A DNA stretch of 64,000 nucleotides from an uncultured Chloroflexia bacterium. Its GTDB lineage: Bacteria > Chloroflexota > Anaerolineae > CG2-30-64-16. The translations under genes were made by a program, and so were the position numbers. The notes beneath the pieces were generated by a model. That model had not been told where the DNA came from. It saw only the letters and a list, made by a program, of their open reading frames with translations, and did not search any database. The DNA is taken from positions 1 to 64,000 of the forward strand of contig CAVZDU010000003.1 in assembly GCA_963774265.1 (NCBI GenBank). Direction: 5' to 3'. Below are positions 55,074 through 64,000 of the stretch, piece by piece (the first letter of the stretch is position 1; the number at the start of each line of letters is the position of its first letter).

Positions 55074-55395
55074 CTACCTGCTGTAGCGTGGGATGCGGTC
55101 GCGGTTGCGATAGCCGCCGCCGAAGTGCGAGCCAAGGTCGATCAGCAGACCGAGCCCCAGCCAGAGCCAGTCCTGGCCCACGACGCCCCCCGGAAAGACG
55201 ATCAAGATACGCCAAGGTTGTCCACGGCACGAAGATGGCGCCCACTAACGGCCAGACCCACTGCGGAAAGGCGAGATTGAGCGGATGCGGCCAGTTTTGG
55301 AAGGCGAGGTTGATGCGCGCCGAATCCATGAACCACCAGGCCAGAATGGCCAGCCGGGGACCGATCAGAAGCAGCGTGGTGACGAGACAGCACAT
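55074..55395 (-). CDS. Small membrane protein (apparent frameshift near 55200)
   Basis: MCCLVTTLLLIGPRLAIL..WPLVGAIFVPWTTLAY; continues GQDWLWLGLGLLIDLGSH. Confidence 0.7.
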
Positions 55396-55420
55396 GTTTT
55401 CCTCCTCTGCGTGTCACGCT

Positions 55421-55984
55421 TTACTTTATCCGCTGTTGAAGGCGCTCGATTTCGGCCAGCACATCTTCGGGCCTGGTCTCCATTTCAAGGTCGGCCAATT
55501 CGCTGTCCTCATCGTTTTCGATTCCCAATTTGTCTTGAATGGCATCGAGCATTTGCAGCACTCGGGTCAACTCATGTTCGGTCAGCAAACCGATGTGCAT
55601 ATCCAGGTCAGCGCGATGCTCGGCTTCTCGGCTCAAACGGTTCTGGCTGATGAGCACAAAGGTGGACAGGAAAATCGCTTCCAGTGACACGACCATCGTC
55701 AAGAGTCCGTACGGAAACGGGTCGAAAGGCGGCACTCCAAAACTTCCGGTATTCAGCAGAATCCAAACACCAAACCAGACGATATGCACATACACAAAGA
55801 TCATGCGCCCAGAAAACGAGGTGATGACATCGGCGATCCGGTCTTGCAAGCCGCGCTCACGTGCCGCCTTCAGGCGCAGGCGAATAATCGTCCGAATGTT
55901 CCGCTCGATGACGTTGCTCAGGGCCGGATTATCTTCGGCATTGTCTGCCGTTTCCATCTGGTTCAGAAGGCTTTGCTGCATCAA
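55421..55984 (-). CDS. DUF1003 family membrane protein
   Basis: DRIADVITSFSG, FDPFPYGLLTMVVSLEAIFLSTFVLISQNR. Confidence 0.92.
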   Translation of the reverse strand: MMQQSLLNQMETADNAEDNPALSNVIERNIRTIIRLRLKAARERGLQDRIADVITSFSGRMIFVYVHIVWFGVWILLNTGSFGVPPFDPFPYGLLTMVVSLEAIFLSTFVLISQNRLSREAEHRADLDMHIGLLTEHELTRVLQMLDAIQDKLGIENDEDSELADLEMETRPEDVLAEIERLQQRIK

Positions 55985-56068
55985 ACGGAAGTCCTCCGGA
56001 GACTATCTGATCCGCCGGTTGCTCTCTTCGATGACCGCTTCCTTACCAGGCTCATTTGTGTGTCATGC

Positions 56069-56337
56069 TTACAGCAGCCTGCGGCGACCGGTAACGGCCC
56101 GCAGGAGCGCGATCAGGATCACTGCGCCGAGGAAGGCCACCAGGATGCTGGTGACGTTGATGCCGTTCACGGCATTCGGGATTTTGAGCAGCGCCTGGGC
56201 GAGGAAGCCGCCCAACAGAGCTCCCACGACGCCCAGGACGAGGTCGCCGACCAAGCCGGAGCCGCGACCTTTCATCACCCTGCTGGCCAGGACCAACCAG
56301 CGACTAGCCCAACGACGATCCATGAGAGAAGACCCAT
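56069..56337 (-). CDS. GlsB/YeaQ/YmgE family stress-response membrane protein (apparent frameshift)
   Basis: MGLLSWIVVGLVAGW..ASRVMKGRGSGLVGDLVLGVVGALLGG..SILVAFLGAVILI. Confidence 0.88.
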
Positions 56338-56368
56338 TATTCGCACCCTTCCTTCTTTTGAGACGGTT

Positions 56369-56531
56369 ATCTCCGCCGATGACCTGGAAGATCGCTTTGC
56401 CTTCCATTCGCAGCATAGCAGAAGCGGTCGGCCCTGTCGTCAGCGCAAACGCTGGGCCTAACATAGCAAAAGGGCCGCTCCAGAGGGCGGCCCGGGTCGC
56501 TTTTGTTGTATGATTTTTGATGTATTTGCTG
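56369..56531 (-). promoter_or_regulatory. Conserved intergenic element copy C
   Basis: Minus strand CATACAACAAAAG..GGGCCGCCCTCTGGAGCGGCCCTTTTGCT..CCAGCGTTTGCGCTGACG..CTTCTGCTATGCT..AGCGATCTT..GCGGAGAT. Confidence 0.75.
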
Positions 56532-56576
56532 CCTCTCAGTTCTCCTGCTGCTCGAATCGATTCCATCGATCCTGCT

Positions 56577-57331
56577 TCACAATGCATACCCATAGACGAT
56601 CCCGCCCAGCAGGCCCCAGGCGCTGCCCAGGATGGCCCCCGCCAGCACGTCCCGCGGGTAGTGCGCCCCCACGTACATGCGCGTGATGCCCACCAGCAGC
56701 GCGATGGCGTACAGCAGGCACACCGCCCAAACGCCAGCGTGGAAGTACCCGGCCAGCAGCGTCGCCATGAAAAAGGCCTGGCTGGTATGCCCGCTCGGGA
56801 ATGAACGCCCGCCGGCCCGCCGGCCGACGATACGCGCCTGGGACAGCCGGATGAAAGGCCGTCCCCGGTGCACCAGGGCTTTCACCAACTCGACCACCAA
56901 CCATAACGTCAAAGTGCCCAAGATGAGCTCGTAAGCCAGCAGATGATCCCCGGCGAAGAACAAGATCAAGGCAAGCGCCACGACTGACGATGCCGTTGCC
57001 GATCTGGGTGAAGCCCCACATCAGCCTATCCAGCCAGGGTGGGTGGCGCCCCCGCACGTTGAAGAACAGGAAAGTCCAGGTGTCCATACGCTGGCCGGTG
57101 GACCACAGCAGCGAGAGCGCCAGCAAGCTAAAGCCCAAGGTCATGCTTGCCAGGATGGCGCTGGGCCTGCAGGCCGTGCCAAAAGAACATCCGCACGTAG
57201 GAAGGCAGCCATGCCAGGAACAGGACCAGGCCGGCCGTGAGGCCCACCAGCCAGGCAAGCGGGCGATTGAGACTCACCCAAAGGGTCAGGCGCCCCCAGG
57301 CCCCGGGATTCTGATCTCCAGGCAAGCGCAT
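56577..57331 (-). CDS. PAP2 family phosphatase (apparent frameshifts)
   Basis: KALVHRGRP, SFPSGH, TRMYVGAHYPRDV. Confidence 0.85.
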
Positions 57332-57332
57332 T

Positions 57333-58350
57333 TCATCCGGCGGCTGCATGCGTCTGTGCCTCAAGAATCTCGCCGGGGTCGGGCAGCGCCTCTGGCGCCG
57401 ACTTGCCGACCATCACTGCCAGGACGCGTCGCCGCACTTCGATCCGCACCCGCCCTTCTCCCAACGCGTTCCCATCCGCCATGATCGGCATGGCCGGCTG
57501 GGTGTCGATATCCACCCGGCGCACGTGGTAGTGCTGGATGCGTGGGTCTTCCGACTTACCTGTGCCCACCCCCTGGAAAACATAGCCCAGCAGGTCCAGC
57601 TTGGACAGGTCGGCAAAGAACAGCACATCCAACAAGCCGTCATTGAACGAGGCTGCGGAGCCAACCTTATAATGGAGGCCGATATAGGGCATGTTGGAGA
57701 CCAGCACCACGTGACCCAGAGCTGCGGACCTCCTGCTTGTCGTCCAGCACCAGGTGCATCTCGGCTGGCGGGGAACTGACCAGCGTTGCCAGGAAATCGC
57801 CGACCCGCGCCAGGTTGCCGTGTTGGACATCGTCGGCAGACGGGAAAAGCGTCGAAACCAGCCCCACCGAGCAAACTTCCAGGAAAGGTGTGTCATTCGC
57901 ACTCTCTGAGGTCTCGACAGGTGGCCATGCCAACGTCCACTTTGATGCGGCGGCCCGTGCGCAGGATGGCGATGGCGGCCGGGATATCCGCCGGGATGCC
58001 CAGGCTGAGGGCCGTGTTGTTTTGCGTGCCGATGGGGATGATCCCCAGGGTGGCGCGCGTGGAGTGCCGGCCAGGGTTCTGGCCACGGCAGAAATGGTGC
58101 CGTCACCGCCGCAGACCACGAACATGCGGATCCCCTGCGCGAGGGCATCCTGGACCACTCCTGGCAGGTCGCAGCCCGCTTCGACCAGGAAGGCTTCCGG
58201 CACGAGCTTCCAGGCCTGCATCTCGTGGATCACATCCACGATCTCGATGGGCGATCCTCTGGTTGCCCCTGCGCTGGGATTGAAGATCAGCTTGGCCCTC
58301 ATGTGGCGCTTGTTCGTGGAGCGAGGTTTCTTGTCAAGGATTTCTTTCAT
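57333..58350 (-). CDS. Diacylglycerol kinase / YegS-like lipid kinase (apparent frameshifts)
   Basis: IFNPSAG, VCGGDGT, PIGTQNN, NDGLLDV, MADG. Confidence 0.85.
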
Positions 58351-58356
58351 ACGGCT

Positions 58357-59584
58357 CTATCCTTTGGCCCCAATTTCCCCGGCCTCCTTCTTTTCGGAAG
58401 GTTCAGCCGGCAGAGCCGCTTGCAGAATGGGTTCGGCTTTCACAATCAGTTGGGTAAGCCGCTCCATGCTGCTGGTCACCAAGGGCAGAGGCGGTTCATC
58501 CATTGCCTCTATGGTAGCCCACACGCGTGCTTGCCGCTCCTTCAGGTCTGAAACCTGAGCCGCAGCCCCTGAAACAGCGCGGTGGCTGACCAGGCGGCTC
58601 CACAGGATTTGGCATACAACCGATAAAGGTGGCGCGACGATGATGCCGACCAGGCCAAAAGCGTCTGCCATGGCAATGAGCAAGACTACGGTCAGAATCG
58701 GATTATCCCATCCGCGGTTGAAAAGCCGTGGCTTGACCCATACGCTGCAGGGCAATCAAGACGACAAGCGTATAGAGCACCGTAAACAGGCTAAGCTGCA
58801 CACTGGTCAGCAGCCCCACCAAGAGTGGCGGAATGACCGCCAGGACCGCCCCAACCACGGGTATCAGGCATGCCAAGGCGCCAGCCAGCGCCAAGAGCGC
58901 TGGGTAGGGGGACCCGAGCAGCCAGTAACCAAGGCCTAATAGCAGTCCGGCCAGGAGACTTTGGATAACCTGGCTGCGTATGTAAGCGCCGATGTCAGGC
59001 TCGATTGTGCGCCAAATACCACGCGCCTGTTTGCGCTGGCCGGATGGAAGCAGCGAGAGCCAGAGTCGTTCAAAATGAATTTGATTGATGCTCCAATAGA
59101 TGCTCAAGAACAGAATGACGACTACGCCGCTCACGACGCCGCCAATGCTCTGCGTGAAGCCAAGTATGGCCGGCAGCACGAGCTGCCCCTGGCTGCCGGT
59201 AACTGCTTCGAAGAGCTTACTCGGCGGCGGCAGCCGCGCAACCAGCGCCTGTTGGAACGAGCTGCCCTCCAACCATATCGGCAGCCTCCACGCGTCCTGC
59301 ACCGACACAGTATGCGCCAACTGTTGAATCTCATTGATCGCGGTTTCACCGGTTAGGAAGAGCAAGAAGCCGAAACTGCCCAGGACCACCAGGTACAGTA
59401 GAATCCAAGCCACGCGCACCACGACGCCTCGTCCGACCAGGCGGTAAACCAATGGGCGCAGCGCTGCCGCAAGCGTTAGCGAGATCAACACGTAAACGAC
59501 GACAATATGGAACTGCCACAGCACTACCAGCGCCAGCAACGTGGTCATCACCGCCGTACCGAACCCTAGCAGTTGCTTCGTCAT
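58357..59584 (-). CDS. AI-2E family transporter (apparent frameshift)
   Basis: AAALRPLV, IGAYIRSQ, LIPVVG, FGLVGIIVAPPL. Confidence 0.85.
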
Positions 59585-60857
59585 GGTGCACCTGAAGTAG
59601 GGACCTGTGCCAGCAGAGCATCGAGGTCGGTTGCGATGGTCTCAATCTCATCCATCACCTGATCGATCTGCTTGACCCTCAGGTCCGAGCCCCCTTTCTT
59701 GAGCCGCGCCTGCTTGCGCAGGTCTTGGGCCAGGTCCTGCGCTTCATAGCGCAGCCGGCTGGCATAATCGCGGCCGGGCGAGACCTCCGGCTCCAGCGCT
59801 GCTGGATGAAAGACGAAGCGATCGAGTAAGAGCTGAATAATGGCTGCTATGGGAATTGCCATGAGCGCGCCGGCAATGCCGAACAAAGAGCTAAAGGCAA
59901 AAATCGCCAGCAGGGAGACGAACGGATTGACCCCCACCGACCTTGCGCATGACGCGCGGCACCAGGATATTGTTTTCCAGCTGCTGAATAACGAGCGTGG
60001 CGACGATCACCCAGACCAACTTGGAAGGCGCTATGGAAAAGGCAATTACCGCCGCAGGAATGGCGCCAAGCAGCGGCCCAATCATCGGTACGGCCTCCAA
60101 CACGCCCGCCACGAGCGCCAGCACCAGGACATTGGGCAAGCCGATGAGCAGATAGGCAACCAGCGCCATGATGCCGATAGCCAGGCAAAGGACGCCTTGT
60201 CCGGCAATGTAGAAACTAACCTTGGTTTCCATGGCCGAAATCAGTTCGCTAATACTCTCGCGCTGGCCCTTTGGAACCAGCAGCAACCATGACTGAATGG
60301 TTCGCGGCCCATCGAGCGTCCAGTGAAAGGCCAATAGCAGAATAGCCGTGGCCATAAAGATGACCTTTGCCGCCGATGCCAGGTAACCCACCGCTTGCCC
60401 TGCAAAAACCAGCATCTGCTGTCCCGTTTGCTGGATCGGCTCCAGACTTGGCAGTCGTCGCTGGGAGGAACTCACTTAAGCGCACAATCAATTGATTGGG
60501 ATTATCAACCATCCACTCACGCACGCTTTGGTAGTAACCCGGCACTGCAGCAGCAATCGTTGTACCTTGCTCGACAAGCAACGGGAACAACAATAGCACG
60601 AAGCCGATGAGCAGGGCGAGCAGGAGCAGGTAGACAAGAATGCCCCCCGCCATCCGGGGGAGGCCTCGCCGGTGCAACCAGGTTACGACTGGCCTGATCA
60701 CCGTGCCCATCACGATGGCGATGAACAAGATGAAAACGACCTGGTAAAACCGATAGAGAAGCCAGAAACCAAGCGCGACAAGAGCGAGAACAAGAGTCGC
60801 CCACATGACGCGCCGAAATGTCCATAGATACGGTGGTGAGGGTGGACGCAGTGCCAT
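59581..60857 (-). CDS. AI-2E family transporter (apparent frameshifts)
   Basis: IRPVVTWL, YIAGQ, VPMIGP, QQLENNILVPRVM, FGIAGALMAIP. Confidence 0.85.
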
Positions 60858-60997
60858 GTTTTCCTTACTCTTTGTGAACGTTTGAGTTACCCATGGCCAT
60901 CCGTGGGCGCATGGCCATGGGTGCTTGATACCCACCAGCCGGTACAAAATAGCGCCAGGTTGGATGCGGACGGTTTCTACCTGGCCGTCTGGACTTG

Positions 60998-63601
60998 TTA
61001 GGTAATCGCATTTTCCATCCGCGAGTAGAAATACTTCTTGGCTATTTCAGTGACCAAGACGTAAAGCGCCGTTAGCCCGATCATCATCAGCATGAGCGGC
61101 GCAGGCAGCGGGATGAAGCCAAATAGGAAGTTGAAGGGAACATACGGCAGCACGAGGGTGACGCCGACAACGATCAGCGTGCTCACCAGCAGAAGTTTGC
61201 CCGGCCGGCTGCGGAAGAAGACGCCGCGCGTTCTCACGACCAGTGCGATCACCAATTCTGTTAACAGCGACTCGATGAACCAGCCGGTGCGAAATTCCTC
61301 CGGCGAAGCGCGGAAAAGAAATAACAGCACCCCGAAGGTCAGGAAGTCGAAGATCGAACTGACCAGGCCGAAGAGCACCATGTAGTCACGGATGAAGATG
61401 GTGTTCCAGCGGCGCGGCTTCGCCACCCATTCCGGGTCCACATTGTCACTGGCGATGGTGGTGGCAGGAATGTCAGACAGGAAGTTGTTGAGCAGGATTT
61501 GTGGCGCGAGCAAGGGCAGAAATGGCAGGAACAGCGAAGCCCCGGCCATGCTGAACATGTTGCCGAAGTTGGCGCTGATGGTCGTCAGAATGTACTTGAG
61601 CGTGTTGGCGAACGTCACGCGGCCAACGTCAATCCCCTCCCGCAGAATATCCAAATCCTGCTTGAGCAGCACAAAGTCGGCGGCGTCTTTGGCCACATCC
61701 ACGGCCGTATCCACCGAGATGCCCACATCGGCAGCGTGCAGGGCTGGCGCATCGTTGATGCCATCGCCCATATAACCGACCACGTGTCTGGTCTTTCGCA
61801 AGGCCAGGATGATGCGCTCTTTCTGGTTGGGGTCCACTTCGGCGAAGATGTTCGTACGTTCGGCGGCATGCCAGAGGGCCTCGTCGGGCATGTCGTTCAG
61901 TGCTCTGCCAGTCAGCAACCCGATGATGGGCAGATGCACAGCCTCTGCGACGTGCCGGGCTACTTTCTCGTTATCGCCGGTGATGATCTTGAGTTGTACG
62001 CCACGCTTGCGCCAGATCGACGATCGCTTGCTGCACATCCGCCTTCGGCGGATCGAAGAAAAGCAGGAAGCCGACGAAGATCAGTTCCGTTTCATCGGCG
62101 CGCGAATAGGATGTCGGCTTGCCCTACCAGATTCTTGATTGCCACACCCAGCACGCGGAAGCCCTTTTCGCTCCAGTCGCTGTAGTGTTGCTCAATCCCG
62201 GCCCGGCTCGTGGCATCCAGTGGGCTGGCTCTTATCCCCAGCTTGCACATCGCTGCAGATCTTCAGAATGTTATCCAGCGCACCTTTGGTGATGAGGGTA
62301 CGCTCGCCTTGGGCATTGGCCGTGACCACACTCAGGCATTTGCGTACGAAGTCATACGGGATTTCATCTATCTTTTGCTCGGACGCCGATCTTTAGCCCG
62401 GCTTTTTGGGCATAAGCACTGGATGGCATCGTCCAATGGATTATTCATCCCGGTCTGATACTGGGCGTTGAGATAGGTGTAACTTAGAACGGTGGTGGAT
62501 GGCTGTCCTTCAGGATCGAGCGCGCCATCCAGCCGGACAACGCCTTCGGTCAGGGTGCCGGTCTTGTCGGTGCACAGCACGTCCATGCTGCCGAAGTTCT
62601 CAATCGCGTTCAGCCGGCGCACGATCACACCGCGTTTTGCCATCTGTTGTGCGCCGTGGGCCAGGGTGATGCTGATAATGGCGGGCAGGAGTTCGGGCGC
62701 CAGGCCAACTGCCAGCGCAAGCGCAAAGAGCAGCGAGTCGATGGGCGGCTTGGCGAGGAAGATGTTGATCGCCAGCACAATCGACGACCATCACCAGCAT
62801 GACCTGTGTCAGCAGGTAGCCAAAATTTTGGACGCCGCGTTCAAACTCGGTCTGAGCCGGGCGTAGGCTGAGCCGTTCGGCAATCTGACCAAACACGGTG
62901 GATTTGCCGGTCTGGACGATCAATACATGCGCCGTGCCGCTGCGCACGCTGGTACCCATAAAGACACAGTTGGTGCGTTCTGCCAAACTGGCTTTGGCCG
63001 GGACAATCCCGGGTGTTTTCTCCACCGGGAAAGTTTCGCCGGTCAGCACCGCCTGGTTCACAAAGAAGTCATTGGTCTCCAGCACGAATCCCATCGGCCG
63101 GGATCAGGCTGCCCGCTGAGAGCAGAACCACGTCGCCGGGCACCACTTGCTCGGAGGGCACCATCTGCGGTTTACCGCCGCGCAATACGTTTGATTTGAT
63201 GGTCACTTGCGAGCGCAGTTTTTCAACGGCGTTGCTGGCCCGATATTCCTGCACAAAACCGAGCATCGTGCTGCCGATCACCACTGCCAGCACGATGACG
63301 GCATCGGTCCATTCGCCCACAAAGGCGGAGACAATGGCGGCGAAGATCAAGATCAGAACGAGCGGGCTCTTAAATTGGCGCAACAGCAGCCCAACGCCGT
63401 GGTCTGTCCTTGTGTCCTAAGCGCGTTTAGCCCGTATTGTTTGATGCGGCTCTCAGCGTCGGTCTGTTGGATGCCGTTCTCGGTGGTGTGCAGTGCAGCA
63501 ATGAGTTGGTCGCTGGCGAGGCTCCAATAGGCATCCAGAATTTCGAGCCCTTTAGGTTGTTGCGCCTGAGATTTGCTGGGAAAGAGGCTGAATCGTTTCA
63601 T
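60998..63601 (-). CDS. mgtA: Magnesium-translocating P-type ATPase (apparent frameshifts)
   Basis: LTGETFPVEK, PELLP, DKTGTLT, TGDN, GDGINDAP, NFGNMFS, QILLNN. Confidence 0.88.
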
Positions 63602-63832
63602 CTGATTTGCCTTTGTTTAACATCAATTTCCGACTGCGTCGACTTTCTTGAAATCAACGCATCCACGCCCTCGAACTCGCGCACCACACTTCCTTCTTGT
63701 CATAGGCTGCCTGACCGTCGCGCAATCCTCCAGATTTGTGAAATGGCGAATCGCAGAAGCAGAATGAAACTGCGACCACCAACGGCGGAAAAGCCCCACC
63801 GCGAAAGTACAGTTGCAGTACCGTGGCGTCGG

Positions 63833-64000
63833 TCAGAACGTCCCGCAGGCGGCCAGATCCCCCGTCTGCAGACCGGCCTTCAGCGCCTGCTGCCGCTGCT
63901 CGGACGATCCATGGGTCCACGACTCGGGCGACACGTAGCCCTGCGTCTCGCGCTGGATGCGGTCGTCGCCCACGGCAGCCGCGGCGTCCAGGCTCTGGGC
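63833..64000 (-). CDS. Neutral zinc metallopeptidase (YpfJ-like), C-terminal fragment
   Basis: [31 protein letters not shown]...GDLAACGTF*. Confidence 0.8.
   Translation of the reverse strand, partial: AQSLDAAAAVGDDRIQRETQGYVSPESWTHGSSEQRQQALKAGLQTGDLAACGTF

Noticed and set aside
56455-56512. Repeated element read as an integron attC site (ATACAAC...GTTAGGC on the minus strand)
   Set aside because: Only copy C has a GTTRRRY end, copies A and B do not, the L-box pattern is not evident, and no integron integrase is in the window.
63602-63830. M-box riboswitch or MgtL-like leader upstream of mgtA
   Set aside because: No GTTAGGTGAGGCTCC-type M-box core and no Pro-rich leader ORF were recognisable.

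Overview
High-GC (~65%) bacterial DNA. Gene content and repeat families point to Chloroflexota, probably Anaerolineae (inference). Many genes, including rho, cydAB, glgC, feoB and mgtA, are broken by single-base indels. These look like long-read consensus errors rather than true pseudogenes. From left to right the window holds: a partial ResB-like gene, tRNA-Thr(CGT), efp, a hemerythrin and a methyltransferase; a LacI-controlled, ycj-like glucosylglycerate/glycoside cluster (two Gfo/Idh/MocA oxidoreductases, a Zn-dehydrogenase, an ABC transporter whose permease carries two SH3b-like domains, GT4, GH63-like hydrolase, GH13_18 phosphorylase); dedA; a complete IS66 (single ORF); ftsH, rho, a LysM/M23 peptidase, a class A PBP, a glgC/glgD-like pair, feoABC, a second M23, cydAB and a cytochrome c. 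From about 39.3 kb to the end is an all-minus-strand accessory/general-stress block: ftsH2, a receiver protein, CsbD, an eRF1-like mini-protein, a Zn-ribbon protein, a B12 radical SAM enzyme, a GH130+ABC+six-hairpin/CBM9 lipoprotein operon, an ice-binding protein, YtxH, PRC-barrel, DUF1003, GlsB, PAP2, DAGK, two AI-2E transporters and MgtA. The most notable signals are: (1) a ~120-160 bp intergenic terminator+palindrome+promoter element present three times with covarying stems; (2) an unannotated 54-aa lasso/RRE-type YxxP leader peptide directly behind an ice-binding protein with a C-terminal sorting-like signal; (3) the SH3b-containing sugar permease; (4) an uncharacterised secreted six-hairpin/CBM9 lipoprotein co-operonic with GH130; (5) REP-like elements inserted in-frame in two enzymes. 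No CRISPR array or rRNA was seen.
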